A program made the translations under genes and the position numbers. From positions 40,761 through 104,760 of IMG/VR virus record IMGVR_UViG_3300028591_000130: a DNA stretch of 64,000 nucleotides; one strand, 5' to 3'. Shown here piece by piece: positions 28,581-39,507 of this stretch; within the stretch, counting starts at the first letter, position 1, and each line of letters starts with the position of its first letter. The notes under the pieces are model-generated. The model was not told where the DNA came from. It made no database searches and worked only from the letters and a program-made list of their open reading frames with translations. The DNA comes from a virus (Duplodnaviria > Caudoviricetes).

Positions 28581-30812
28581 ATGTCGAGTAATCTTCAAAG
28601 AGTAGGAACAACCTTGCTTGATATGGACGGTGTAGCTACTCAACTACACATTAAAGGTGTACTTACGGGTTTAGATAACGACACAGGAGAAGAACAGTAT
28701 TCACCTTTTATTACAGTTAAAGACATCACAATGGCAGGTAGTGATAAGGCACTTATCCAGTATCTTGGTGTGAACAGCGATGGCGTACCTTTACCTGTTT
28801 CTAACGTTGCAGTAGCTTACAAAGAAGCAGGTGCAAGCACGGTAGATCGTAGTACCGTTCGTAACGCCAAGTATCTTGATAATAAAGCACCTGCATATTT
28901 CTTTCCTGCAGAAGACGGTATTAACATAGATCTTACAGCCAGAAATATGGCAGAACGTTTTAACAAAGAGATTGCTGATATCAAAGCAGAACATATACAA
29001 CTTATGTCTTACATAGCAAAGAACGGTTTAACAGATAACTACCGTCCCTTCGCAGGTTTTTACGACACTTTCAGAGAGAGCTACCCCTTACATAAAATAG
29101 AACGTTTAGGAACAGCTTTTGTTGACTCGGCAGCACAAAATACTATCAGGGTTAAAACAGAAGAGATAGGTAACTTTTCTGAAGGTGATTTTGTCGTTAT
29201 CGTTAACGGTGACGATATCACCAGCAAAAGTCACAGAACAATCTTAAAGATTGACAAGATTAGCGGAACTACTATTACCTTTGACGGCTATACCGGCTTT
29301 GATATTAAAGCCAACAAGGTACACTTGTACAAATCTTACGGTACAAGTTACGGTAACTCTTTTGTCTTTGGTTCCTTTTTGGAACAAGCACCAGGTGACG
29401 CAATATTCTATACCGGTGTTGATGACGATAACTATCGTACTCGCAGAAAGATTAACACCAGCCATACCGGTTTTGCTACTACGTTCAGGGTTAACCCAAG
29501 CAGGGCTAACGGCAGTGCAGCTTACTATCTTGACACTATCGAGATCTGTGCCAAAAAGATAGGTACACCCGGAGCCCTAAAATGTTATGTTATTAATGCT
29601 GCTGATATCAGTAACTTCGAAGATCCTGAACAAGCAAAAACAAATGGAATTTTAATAGCAGAAAGTCAACCCTTAATTCTTGATGTCGCAACAGGAGAAA
29701 CAATTGTTGAGTTTAAATTTGAACAAAACGGAGTATTACCATTGTTAGACAATATCGATCAAGGTATGGATGGTGACGTAGGAAGAACACGCTTCTGTAT
29801 GATAGTAGAAGCGATATCAGCAGATGCTACCAACTATTACGAGATATTGTTCTTACAACATTACGATCAAACTACAGGTACGCTGTCTGATCTTCAAATG
29901 AACAACATAGTCTACGAATATTCTTTACAGCCAAGTTTGGATCTTATGTCTACCGACTACTTTAGTCCCCTTGTAACAAGTAAGACTATTAACAGTGCTG
30001 ACATGTACTATGGTGTATCGTTGAGGCCCGTCATAAAGAGTTCTCTTGATCCTGCAGATAAAGGCGTGTACAGTGCTGCTTTTAAGACCTACGAACCTGT
30101 TACCGTTAACAGCGCACGATTAACCTTAAGGATAGCAAGGGAAGGTTACTACACGGTAGCTGCTACAAGTGCCAACGAAAGCGATAACGTTACTGACGAA
30201 GGCACGATAAGATATCTTGAAAATAAAAGTTATCGTGTAACTGACGAACAAACACTCGTTCAGAACGGTATGTCTATCGTGTCAGATAACTACGAAGAAG
30301 GTAATCGTAACATAGCAATAGGCAATCACATAACAGAAGTTAAGAATATTAGCGGTGATAAGATTACAATATCCAAGGGTGCAAATATTGCTGAAGGAGA
30401 TCCTGTTTACCCGATAGGATATATTGCTACTCTCTTATGTTCTTGCAAGAAATGGGACGCAACCAAACAACAACTCGTTCCTGTAAGCCCTGCTATCAGA
30501 ATACCCCTTAAACTTGTATCGATACAACCTGCCTTTTTTGATCGAGAAGTTAATATGATTAGAGACAGTATCGACAACAGTACTACACTACAACCGTTAC
30601 AGCGTTCAAGACTTAAAGATAAAGTTATGATATCAGACAACATTATCTTTGAAGCTGACATAGATAACGAGAAAGAGTATAACTGCTTTGAACTGCAAAT
30701 CTTCTGGCGCACAATGGCAAGCACTGTCTTAAAAAGTTTCACGGGGCGTATTTACGATCTTTCTCTCAGTCTTAATCGCAAAGTCTTTTGGGACACTACG
30801 GTTAGTGCGTAA
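28581..30812 (+). CDS. Putative virion structural protein
   Basis: Long beta-rich ORF; start at ATG 28581 after GGAGG. Confidence 0.55.
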   Translation: MSSNLQRVGTTLLDMDGVATQLHIKGVLTGLDNDTGEEQYSPFITVKDITMAGSDKALIQYLGVNSDGVPLPVSNVAVAYKEAGASTVDRSTVRNAKYLDNKAPAYFFPAEDGINIDLTARNMAERFNKEIADIKAEHIQLMSYIAKNGLTDNYRPFAGFYDTFRESYPLHKIERLGTAFVDSAAQNTIRVKTEEIGNFSEGDFVVIVNGDDITSKSHRTILKIDKISGTTITFDGYTGFDIKANKVHLYKSYGTSYGNSFVFGSFLEQAPGDAIFYTGVDDDNYRTRRKINTSHTGFATTFRVNPSRANGSAAYYLDTIEICAKKIGTPGALKCYVINAADISNFEDPEQAKTNGILIAESQPLILDVATGETIVEFKFEQNGVLPLLDNIDQGMDGDVGRTRFCMIVEAISADATNYYEILFLQHYDQTTGTLSDLQMNNIVYEYSLQPSLDLMSTDYFSPLVTSKTINSADMYYGVSLRPVIKSSLDPADKGVYSAAFKTYEPVTVNSARLTLRIAREGYYTVAATSANESDNVTDEGTIRYLENKSYRVTDEQTLVQNGMSIVSDNYEEGNRNIAIGNHITEVKNISGDKITISKGANIAEGDPVYPIGYIATLLCSCKKWDATKQQLVPVSPAIRIPLKLVSIQPAFFDREVNMIRDSIDNSTTLQPLQRSRLKDKVMISDNIIFEADIDNEKEYNCFELQIFWRTMASTVLKSFTGRIYDLSLSLNRKVFWDTTVSA

Positions 30813-30823
30813 TAATAAGAACA

Positions 30824-30864
30824 AAAAAGACAGCTATGGTTATTAAAACCGTAACTGTCTTTTT
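30824..30864 (+). terminator. Rho-independent terminator
   Basis: AAAAAGACAG...CTGTCTTTTT stem-loop. Confidence 0.7.
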
Positions 30865-30906
30865 CTGTTGGTAATATACAAATAGAAAAAGAAAGGGAAT
30901 GATATT

Positions 30907-31779
30907 ATGATTAATACGGCGTTAAACTTTCAAAGTGCACTGACTTATGTTATGACCGAACCTGATCCCCTTGCCGTATCTTTTGAAGGTGATATGAAGG
31001 CAGCAGCACTTAACGCAGTATTTCAAAACATAGAAGATCAGATTAACTTCTTGTACGAGAAGACGCGATTACTTGAAGATATCAGAGACTATACCCACAG
31101 TTTTGTCAACAAAGCTATTGAAGAAAGGCGTGCCAAAATTGTTGAAAATCTCAAAATGATAGAAATGGTTTATGACGAAGTAGACGATCCTTCTTGTATC
31201 GTAGAACCGATCATTGTACAAAAAGGACAAACAGTAAAAGACAGAGATGGTACATTGTTGCCTGTCTTTGATATCATAAACAATGTTTTGGTTATGCCGG
31301 GCAGAGTACTTGGTACTAACGATATTTTAAAGGTATCAGTTAAGGAACAGACACAGAAATTATCTGATAGTGAAACAGTTTACAAGACAGCAGGTGTTGT
31401 TGAACCGTTAGTCCAGGTATCGGTATCGACTTCTGACAATAAACAGTTCTTTCTTGACTCTTACGCTAACAATAAACCTGCAGAAGGTACTGTTACAACA
31501 ACTTACGAGATTTTGTTTGCAGGTAATAAACTTTGCAATTATGTCAGTTTTTCTGCTGTTAACGATAATGTCATAAAGATTGTCCTTTATGATATCGACA
31601 ATAATATGCACCTTGTAATGTCTGACACTGCTTATACTAAACCTTTAAGAGTTGTTAAGGCACTTGTCACCTTACAAAGTAAAGGTTACGTCAAATATCC
31701 TGTACAGTTACCTTTTGCCAGTTCTGCTTCTGACTCTTTCTCTGATATTCAAGGAGGCAACGATAGTTATGACATTTAA
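30907..31779 (+). CDS. Hypothetical phage protein (likely structural)
   Basis: 290 aa; first gene of an overlapping-ORF operon. Confidence 0.6.
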   Translation: MINTALNFQSALTYVMTEPDPLAVSFEGDMKAAALNAVFQNIEDQINFLYEKTRLLEDIRDYTHSFVNKAIEERRAKIVENLKMIEMVYDEVDDPSCIVEPIIVQKGQTVKDRDGTLLPVFDIINNVLVMPGRVLGTNDILKVSVKEQTQKLSDSETVYKTAGVVEPLVQVSVSTSDNKQFFLDSYANNKPAEGTVTTTYEILFAGNKLCNYVSFSAVNDNVIKIVLYDIDNNMHLVMSDTAYTKPLRVVKALVTLQSKGYVKYPVQLPFASSASDSFSDIQGGNDSYDI

Positions 31780-33133
31780 CCTAACTGACGCAAAACGTTT
31801 GTTAGCTAAGCAGCAACGACGACGAAGCGCACATAATAACCTTGTGATATCAGATTTGATATCAAAGAAAAATAACGAGATCAAAGATAAAACACAAAAT
31901 AGCAGCGTAGCGTTAGCTGACAAGAATTTTGTTCTTAAAAACGATAATGTTAAAAACACTATTACTGTACAGTCAGGAACACAAAAAGTGTATAACGCTA
32001 TCAGAGACGTAAGCAGTCGTTACCCGACTTATAATGACACATTGTCTGACGTAAGACGTAGACGTAACAGTAAGATAATCTCAGACAATACCAATAACTA
32101 TGACTACGTTACACTTCCTGCTACAGAACAGGACTCTGTAATATCAAAGGTATTATCCGATCCTGACAAACCTAACACAGTACCGGATAATAGCAATGAG
32201 TCAAAACGGAGCGATATTTTTAACGTTAGAACTCTGTACGAAAGAAACACTAACGTTAATCCTTACGAGTATAACTACAGTAACAGCATTAACAATAGCA
32301 ATATAAATTTGGATCGTATTGTGTCATTTTCTGATCAAGGTGTTATCACAAGCACTGCAGGTAACTACAGTATGCCGCGATATCACCTTATTCCTGCCGA
32401 TCAACTTGTCCAAAAAGAACAGTACAGTTCGGTTATGACTCCTTATAGTTTTAACAATATACCTTCTGACTTTGTTGTCGATCTTGACGAAGAAGAATTT
32501 GTGCCAAACAGTCGAACTTACAAAGATTATAAATATCGTTACTCTTACTGCCTTAATAATCCTATTATGCAGTATAAGGATATCAGCAAAGCTGCCGGAT
32601 TTGTGTCACAACCCATTAGCGTCAGTTCTTGTTCTTACGTTGAGCTCAGTGCAGAGCAAACGTTAGGTGTAGAGTATTACGTTATCGACGGTAACGTTGA
32701 GGTACCTATCTTGCCGCGCGATACCAATTACGTAAAAGAAGAAAAACTATTTTTTGGTTTTATGCCGCGTTTTGCAGTAGCCGAACCTAATGATATCATT
32801 GTTAAGAAAAACGGTATTCTGACAGGCATTACTACTATGTCTGACTTGGAAACTTTTTTAATCGCAAACACTGTGAAGGGTTCAGGTGTTTCGTTTGACA
32901 ATAACTATTCTTATACAATATCTTATAAACCTAACGAGAGTGCAAAACGCTACTTTCCAAAAAGTGATATCATAAAGGTTAAGGGTATACAAAGAATTAT
33001 TGTTGATATCATACCTTGCAACATTAACAATATCAAGATTCTAAAGTTTGGTAATAAACGACAATGGCAGCTGTCTTCCTTTGAAAGTGATATTGACTAT
33101 AATCCTGCTAACCCGGTAAACAGAAGGGGATGA
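31769..33133 (+). CDS. Hypothetical phage protein
   Basis: Start reassigned to ATG 31769 after AGGAGG. Confidence 0.6.
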   Translation: MTFNLTDAKRLLAKQQRRRSAHNNLVISDLISKKNNEIKDKTQNSSVALADKNFVLKNDNVKNTITVQSGTQKVYNAIRDVSSRYPTYNDTLSDVRRRRNSKIISDNTNNYDYVTLPATEQDSVISKVLSDPDKPNTVPDNSNESKRSDIFNVRTLYERNTNVNPYEYNYSNSINNSNINLDRIVSFSDQGVITSTAGNYSMPRYHLIPADQLVQKEQYSSVMTPYSFNNIPSDFVVDLDEEEFVPNSRTYKDYKYRYSYCLNNPIMQYKDISKAAGFVSQPISVSSCSYVELSAEQTLGVEYYVIDGNVEVPILPRDTNYVKEEKLFFGFMPRFAVAEPNDIIVKKNGILTGITTMSDLETFLIANTVKGSGVSFDNNYSYTISYKPNESAKRYFPKSDIIKVKGIQRIIVDIIPCNINNIKILKFGNKRQWQLSSFESDIDYNPANPVNRRG

Positions 33134-33139
33134 GAGCTT

Positions 33140-35179
33140 TTGAACTACGTAGGAATTGAAAGCATAAAGAATGCTTATCGTGATCTTTTACAAGAACAGA
33201 ATAGATATCAAGAAGCTTCCTCATTAGAACTCAAAGAGTTTACAGATCCTATCTTTGACGGATATCAGGTGCATCCTGAAGACACACCTTCTTTAACAGA
33301 TATCAATAACGCACTACAACAGATATCAGTTGATCTTGTTGCTCTGACGTCACAGTACAGCAGTGCGGCACAACGATATAACGATCTTGCAGAAGAGATT
33401 GTCAGTAATCTTGCAGCTGTTGACGAAATAATAGAAACAGAAAAGGAACGTATTCAAGATATCAACATTATCGCAGGCAATATCTCTGCGTTTACAAGCG
33501 TTAAGACATTAAAAGCAACAGATCTTTCAGGCACTTGTTCTACAGAAGACGATTATACTTTTATGTGTGCCGCTACTGACAGAGTCAGTACAAGACTTAC
33601 AGTGCAAGACGTTTTTGGCAACGGCTACGAAGGTAACGCCTATGTCTATAACGATAATATTTTCGAAGTTAGCGCCGTTAACACAAGTCAAAGAAGTAAT
33701 ATGATCGACTATTACTCAACAACCTGTTACGAGTACAGCAGACTGACTTCTGCTGTAAAAAATGATATGTATCCTGTTGACGTTAACTATGACGACAAAG
33801 AAGCAGAATGCAGTATAGTATTAACAAGTCCTACAAGCACTTTTAACTTTCTTAGGATACAGTCTGATATCACTAACATATCTGTTGAGCAGATATCAAC
33901 GTCAGAAGATGGCGGATTATCTTTTAAGGATTTGTTGACAAAGTCTGTAGAAATCCTTAATCCTTCCAAAAAGTATGAAGATGACACTTATATCTACGGA
34001 AGCGGTATTTTGAATTTCCCTACTACCAATGCCGTTAAGATTAAGCTGAAGTCAAACGGTGTAACAGCAGACAATCTTGCGTTTGCCAGAACAGTGTTGG
34101 ATAACGTTATTTTCCTTAAGGATATTGTCTTTGATATCAACAGTTACGTTTCTGATTATCTGTTCCCGATATTTTTTTCTCAAAGTATCAATAACGTTTA
34201 TACTGTTACAGAAGCAGACGATACTGCTGAAGCAACAACGTGCAGTTGTCCCGTTAGCTTGTTGATAGCTGTTTCTCTTCTCAGAACAAGAAACAAGCCT
34301 GCTGCCGTAGGTGCCTTTAATTTTTGGGATCTTGACTATACTGTCTTTAAAGACATAGAAGATATTACTGTAGAAGAAGATACCAAAAAAGCAGCCTTTT
34401 ATAACAGAAGAGACAGTTGTAACGCCATTCTAAAAGTCGTAGGAGCTAATGACGATATCATAGACTTGTTAAAAGAATACGATAGTCTTGCTGAGAAAAC
34501 GGTAGACAGCTTGGCAACTCTTGGATATCAGATCTTGACAAAACTGACAGGAACCAGTGATATTACGACCTATGACAAACTCAAGGATATTTTGTTGACA
34601 TATAGCTTAACCGACTATGACACAGCAACGCCGTCGTCTAAAACCGAAGAACAATATCAACAGTATGAAAGGTATTTTGTAAGGCTAGATCAGCAACAGG
34701 ATAATTATGAACAGTCACTCAAAGATGCTACTACGATAATGCCGCTAACCGGAGTTAAAAGACACCTTATTAGAGTTAACGAGATAACTGCGTTTAAGGG
34801 GTCGTTTACAACAACGTCATATCTTGAAACCGGAGAACTCTTACCGGGGGCCGTTGACTGTATAGCTATTTTTGCTAACGAGTATATACCGCCTACTTTT
34901 CCTGCAGATCGCTCAACCATAGGGAACCAAAAGTATTTGTCTTACTATCTTACCGTTAACGAGAAAACGTTTGAGATTGTGCCCGTTAACAGCCATAAAG
35001 CAGGTATCAAAATAATCAGGTTTTCTAACTACACGGTAGCAGAAGATTACACGAAACACATATCCGAACCGATAAAAAGTGCCAAACTTAAGGTTAAGTT
35101 TTATACACCTGATACGTCATGTACGCCTTATCTTTCTAAACTTAAAGTATGTTTGGGAAAGGCGGTTATCCAGCCATGA
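33140..35179 (+). CDS. Hypothetical phage protein (likely structural)
   Basis: 679 aa; N-terminal coiled coil, beta-rich termini. Confidence 0.6.
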   Translation: MNYVGIESIKNAYRDLLQEQNRYQEASSLELKEFTDPIFDGYQVHPEDTPSLTDINNALQQISVDLVALTSQYSSAAQRYNDLAEEIVSNLAAVDEIIETEKERIQDINIIAGNISAFTSVKTLKATDLSGTCSTEDDYTFMCAATDRVSTRLTVQDVFGNGYEGNAYVYNDNIFEVSAVNTSQRSNMIDYYSTTCYEYSRLTSAVKNDMYPVDVNYDDKEAECSIVLTSPTSTFNFLRIQSDITNISVEQISTSEDGGLSFKDLLTKSVEILNPSKKYEDDTYIYGSGILNFPTTNAVKIKLKSNGVTADNLAFARTVLDNVIFLKDIVFDINSYVSDYLFPIFFSQSINNVYTVTEADDTAEATTCSCPVSLLIAVSLLRTRNKPAAVGAFNFWDLDYTVFKDIEDITVEEDTKKAAFYNRRDSCNAILKVVGANDDIIDLLKEYDSLAEKTVDSLATLGYQILTKLTGTSDITTYDKLKDILLTYSLTDYDTATPSSKTEEQYQQYERYFVRLDQQQDNYEQSLKDATTIMPLTGVKRHLIRVNEITAFKGSFTTTSYLETGELLPGAVDCIAIFANEYIPPTFPADRSTIGNQKYLSYYLTVNEKTFEIVPVNSHKAGIKIIRFSNYTVAEDYTKHISEPIKSAKLKVKFYTPDTSCTPYLSKLKVCLGKAVIQP

Positions 35180-36369
35180 CTTATGCCGATCAAAAGAAAA
35201 AGATAGATTACTATCGTACAAGGATTATTCAAGATCTGACAAAGAAAGGGATCTATCCTGACGATCAAAGGATAGCTGCGATCTTATCTAATATTAATAC
35301 GTCACTTGGTATTTTGCAGTATGTCAACGTAGGTAAGGGAGAAGAATTTGACACCAAAAAATTTAACGAAGATATGTTAAGAATATGGCAAGACCTTAAA
35401 ATCTTGTACACCTTAGCTTACGATATCACAGTTAAAGATTACGAAGAACTCAAAGTATGGTCTGAGGTTAAGCTTGAAGAACTCAAGAATATGACAGATA
35501 ACTATCGTTATAAAACTAAGTTTGAACTTGACAGTACTTACCTTGGTACTACTATCTTCTTCCAAAGTGTAGGTTATGACATTAAAAACGAGAACGGTGT
35601 AGTCAAGGTTAATCTTGGTACTGTGAGTGCTGAGGCCCAAGCAAAACTATTTTGTGTCTTTGACTGTGACGCCGTTAATCCGCGTAACGTTATCTTCTCG
35701 TTTAAGAACAGTAAAGGTCTTATCAGTAACTGTTCACCTTATGTTTATAACCGTGACTTCTTTACCGTAGAAGGCACCTTAAGAAAGAATACTTATAATG
35801 TAGTACTTAACGGCGAGAAAGTCAGAACTTCTTTCATTTGTACACCTGCAAGTTTGGCAGGTAAGGTATCTCACGATAACAAGTATAAACTTTACGGAGG
35901 AAAGGGTTTCATAACCAAGGGTTACCTTGCAAAGAAGTATGCTGCCGTTACTCTTAACGTACCCATAGAGATAGGCGGTGAAGGAGGTATAGTTACGTTC
36001 TTTATCGTTAACGGCAGCTACGCTACATTTTCTTTCTCTGAAGAACCGCAGCACAAAAACTTCAACGGTACCGATATCAAGAATATGCCTTACTGCCAGA
36101 AGATAGTCATAGAACATTATAAAGACATATCCTTTACGTTTAAAACCGACGGTACAATTTTTGCTACCTGTCACGACGGCAGTATTGTTAACGGCGAACT
36201 TTTGTATCCCGCTGCAGATCCCGTTAATGATATTATGATAGAAGAATACACCGTAGGCAGTAAACAAAGCTATGACGTCACCGTTACTGCAGGTCCTTTT
36301 AATGACGGCAGGATTCCTGATATCAAAATTATTGCTATCAAGCAAGTATCTATGTTGGAGGCGATTTAA
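35176..36369 (+). CDS. Hypothetical phage protein
   Basis: ATGA overlap with the upstream stop gives start 35176. Confidence 0.6.
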   Translation: MTYADQKKKIDYYRTRIIQDLTKKGIYPDDQRIAAILSNINTSLGILQYVNVGKGEEFDTKKFNEDMLRIWQDLKILYTLAYDITVKDYEELKVWSEVKLEELKNMTDNYRYKTKFELDSTYLGTTIFFQSVGYDIKNENGVVKVNLGTVSAEAQAKLFCVFDCDAVNPRNVIFSFKNSKGLISNCSPYVYNRDFFTVEGTLRKNTYNVVLNGEKVRTSFICTPASLAGKVSHDNKYKLYGGKGFITKGYLAKKYAAVTLNVPIEIGGEGGIVTFFIVNGSYATFSFSEEPQHKNFNGTDIKNMPYCQKIVIEHYKDISFTFKTDGTIFATCHDGSIVNGELLYPAADPVNDIMIEEYTVGSKQSYDVTVTAGPFNDGRIPDIKIIAIKQVSMLEAI

Positions 36370-36590
36370 TGATCCTTTACAACTTCAGATATCGCGGTCC
36401 TTATGAGTATGACAAGTATGTTAATAACATACTGCAGTTCTACAACGAAGTCAGACTTGGAGAAAAGCTGATATCAGATAATATTGTTAATGAACAAGTT
36501 AAGGAACTTGATACTGTTATAAAAAATCTGACAGACGAAGGTTGTATCTTACAGCAACTATTTTTGATATCAGAACAGATAGGAGGTTAA
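36369..36590 (+). CDS. Small hypothetical protein
   Basis: 73 aa, GGAGG RBS, TAATG coupling. Confidence 0.7.
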   Translation: MILYNFRYRGPYEYDKYVNNILQFYNEVRLGEKLISDNIVNEQVKELDTVIKNLTDEGCILQQLFLISEQIGG

Positions 36591-36593
36591 AAA

Positions 36594-37673
36594 GTGTCTG
36601 TACATCAAGTTACGTCAAAGCAACTAATGGAAGTTCTTGGCAGTGCACAAAGTCGTTTAGAATCCTTAGTTAACAATAACGATACATTAGTTCGTAACCT
36701 TAACAAGCGTCTTACCGTCATTAGAAATATCCAAGAATACGAACAGCAACAAATGGAACAACTTCTGTTACTTCTTGACAGCAATCAGCAAATTCAACAG
36801 TATCAAAAGATTGTCTTTGTAAGATCTAACATTGTACAAGGTATTTACGACAAGTTTGGATCAACAATATATCCTCAGTTGTTAAAGGAACCAACCCAAG
36901 TCTTTAACTTTAAAACTGCAGCAGGTTACGTCTTTAAGGATAATGCTACAGTAACCATAACAACTAACGATACCGGTAGAACGTTGCCTGAGTACGCGTC
37001 AATACTTGCTGAAGATACGGTAACAGGAAAGGATATCTTCTTCGAAGAATATGATACCAATACTATACAGATTAGTGTCAGAGTTAATCCTGGCGAACTG
37101 TTAGGAAGTACGGCCTTTAACCTGCTGGAGATAGTGCCTTATATTCCCGGCAGTTTTGATATCACAAGCCTTGAGATATTTTCGATGCAAGGTTATTACA
37201 CGGGAGACACCCAACCTGCGTCAAGTTTCCCTAACAGAATTAAGAAAGTAGGAATATCAAGGTTCTTGATCGATCAAACTATCAATCTTTATGAGCTAAG
37301 AATGACTGTATCTCTTAACTTCAGAAACAACAATGGTAAGTATCCGTTCGGCATAAAACACCTTTACTTCCTTAACGCGTCATTTAACAGTAATTCTTAC
37401 GTGACAGTGCAAGTTGATACTAATCGTAACCTTGATATGATATCGGAAGATGTAACCGTTGTTGATCAAAGCGGTATTGTTAACAGCACCTGTAAGGAAG
37501 AAAGAATAGGACTGTTCTCAAGTTGGAATAACGGTTTAGGCACCGACGAGATCGCTACAAGTAAGGGTTTAACTTATAATCCTGTTACAAGAAATATCAA
37601 AACATTTTTTGTACACTATCCTATCTTACGATCTGTTACGTCACTTCAGTTTAACGAAGTTGTACTGCGGTAA
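36594..37673 (+). CDS. Hypothetical phage protein
   Basis: 359 aa, AGGAGG RBS; last gene of the structural block. Confidence 0.65.
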   Translation: MSVHQVTSKQLMEVLGSAQSRLESLVNNNDTLVRNLNKRLTVIRNIQEYEQQQMEQLLLLLDSNQQIQQYQKIVFVRSNIVQGIYDKFGSTIYPQLLKEPTQVFNFKTAAGYVFKDNATVTITTNDTGRTLPEYASILAEDTVTGKDIFFEEYDTNTIQISVRVNPGELLGSTAFNLLEIVPYIPGSFDITSLEIFSMQGYYTGDTQPASSFPNRIKKVGISRFLIDQTINLYELRMTVSLNFRNNNGKYPFGIKHLYFLNASFNSNSYVTVQVDTNRNLDMISEDVTVVDQSGIVNSTCKEERIGLFSSWNNGLGTDEIATSKGLTYNPVTRNIKTFFVHYPILRSVTSLQFNEVVLR

Positions 37674-37713
37674 TAAGATTAACGAGAAGCCTCCTCTTAA
37701 TGTTAGTAGCCTC

Positions 37714-37742
37714 TTGACAACTTAATGTCAAGGGGCTACAAT
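37714..37742 (+). promoter_or_regulatory. Sigma70/SigA-type promoter of the replication operon
   Basis: TTGACA-17 nt-TACAAT, embedded in a 14-bp inverted repeat (37706-37739). Confidence 0.75.
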
Positions 37743-37769
37743 CTTATTTGGCAAAAAAGGAGGATAATA

Positions 37770-38489
37770 ATGCTTTCAAAAGATCTTACAGATTATTTTT
37801 ACAAGAATATTGTTGGACACAGTGTTTCTGACACTAACGAAGCAATCACAACACTGACTTTACAGTATCTGCTGGAAAACGATCTGACAGAAACTGAGAT
37901 TAAAAGCTTGCTAATGTCTTATCAGGAAGAAGTTGTAACGCCTTATAACTTACCTGATATTTTGTGGATAGTTAATCCTAAAATAAAAGAAAACAAGAAG
38001 ACCGGTGAACTCTATGAGGTTAACGACAACCTTGTTAAACGTAACGAGTATTATTATCACCCTTGCCTTATGTTACGAAGCAAACTGCCTGTTATAAAAA
38101 ATGGTAAAGAAGTTATCGAACCTTACTTTTGTGAACCAAGGTGTCGTTTCACGGTAGATCACCTGATAGATTATTTCTGTACCAAGATTGGGACTCACGC
38201 AATGTATATGGATACGCAGTACTCTGTGAACAGTATCTTTCAAAACTTCAGGGTGTATCAGAACGCTATAACAACCATAGACCCGTTAGATATCTTGCTT
38301 TACTCTATTGACTTTGCTGCAGAACAAGGGAACTACTATTTTTCGACTTTTATGCAGTTACAGCAATATCTTGGCACGGTAATAAAAGAGATACAAGAAA
38401 GGATAGCTTACGTTAGAGCTTTCGGGTATGACAAAATAGTTTGGAGGTCTGATCAATGCCTTTTGCAGAGTTCGGAACAAAACTTGTAA
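37770..38489 (+). CDS. Hypothetical protein upstream of primase
   Basis: ATG 37770 follows AGGAGG. Confidence 0.7.
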   Translation: MLSKDLTDYFYKNIVGHSVSDTNEAITTLTLQYLLENDLTETEIKSLLMSYQEEVVTPYNLPDILWIVNPKIKENKKTGELYEVNDNLVKRNEYYYHPCLMLRSKLPVIKNGKEVIEPYFCEPRCRFTVDHLIDYFCTKIGTHAMYMDTQYSVNSIFQNFRVYQNAITTIDPLDILLYSIDFAAEQGNYYFSTFMQLQQYLGTVIKEIQERIAYVRAFGYDKIVWRSDQCLLQSSEQNL

Positions 38490-39502
38490 GATCCGGCAAG
38501 GATACTTTTGTAAGAGAAACTTACGACGTTACTGACGAGAATGCTGTACTTACAAACAAAACTAACAAGTATAATAACGTTGACGTTTATCGCAGTATCT
38601 TTACCTATGAAAACGTTGATCTTGGTAACAGCAGAATTTTAGGTCCATTGTTCTTTGACTTTGATATGCCGCAAAACGGTGATGCCAAGTTATTACAAAC
38701 TGAAGTAAGAGCAGCTGTTGCTAATCTGCAAAAGATCTTTAACATAAGCACTTCTGATATCAGAGTATTTTTTTCAGGACACAAGGGATTTCACGTTATT
38801 GTTCCTACAGAAGTCTTTGGTAATCGATTTTATGACTACACAATTCTAACGAAAACGTATCACGCCATTGCGCAAATCCTTGTCAGTTGTTGGCACGAAT
38901 TTAAACCCGGTGCTGTGTCATGTCTTGACTTACGGATTTACGATCACAGACGTATGTTCAGACTTCCTAACTCTGTTAACAGTAAGAGTAATCTTTACAA
39001 AATTGAAATACCCGTTAGTTTTTTAAAGCGTTATTCTTTCTCTGATATCAGAGAGTTAGCAATACAGCCTTGTAAAACTTTGTCTGATATCAGCAATTAC
39101 AACCAAGTTGCAAATACTGTACTGTGCAGGGCAATGCAAACTGTTAAAAGTGACAATAAAAAGGCAGAGACAAAGATTACAAGGGAAAAGAAGAAAGAAA
39201 GAAAAATGTTGCCCTGTATAGAAAACATTCTTTCTACTTCTGTCAGCAAAGGCAAAAGAAATAACGTTGCGGTAGCCCTTGCAAGCGCCTTATTTCAACT
39301 GCAGATCTCTTCTGACGACGTCATAAACATAATGCAAGAATGGAACGACAACAATGATCCGCCCCTTGACGAAGACGAATTGTTTAAGGTTATAATGTCT
39401 GCCAAACGTATGGATGATAAAGAAATGTACTACGGCTGTACCGGAATTAAAGACATAGGTTTTTGTGATAACAGTTGCAGTATCGGAAAGCACAAGAGGT
39501 AA
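38456..39502 (+). CDS. Archaeo-eukaryotic-type primase (AEP) with C-terminal PriCT/Cys-rich domain
   Basis: FFDFD (motif I), FSGHKGFH (II), LD..IYD.RRMFRLPNS (III), PC...GKRNN, C-terminal Cys cluster. Confidence 0.85.
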   Translation: MPFAEFGTKLVRSGKDTFVRETYDVTDENAVLTNKTNKYNNVDVYRSIFTYENVDLGNSRILGPLFFDFDMPQNGDAKLLQTEVRAAVANLQKIFNISTSDIRVFFSGHKGFHVIVPTEVFGNRFYDYTILTKTYHAIAQILVSCWHEFKPGAVSCLDLRIYDHRRMFRLPNSVNSKSNLYKIEIPVSFLKRYSFSDIRELAIQPCKTLSDISNYNQVANTVLCRAMQTVKSDNKKAETKITREKKKERKMLPCIENILSTSVSKGKRNNVAVALASALFQLQISSDDVINIMQEWNDNNDPPLDEDELFKVIMSAKRMDDKEMYYGCTGIKDIGFCDNSCSIGKHKR

Positions 39503-39507
39503 GGATT

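Noticed and set aside
1658-36345. Many short antisense or alternate-frame ORFs (e.g. 6129..6851, 5627..5947, 35779..36345)
   Set aside because: They are shadows of long, codon-biased + strand genes, with no RBS or motifs
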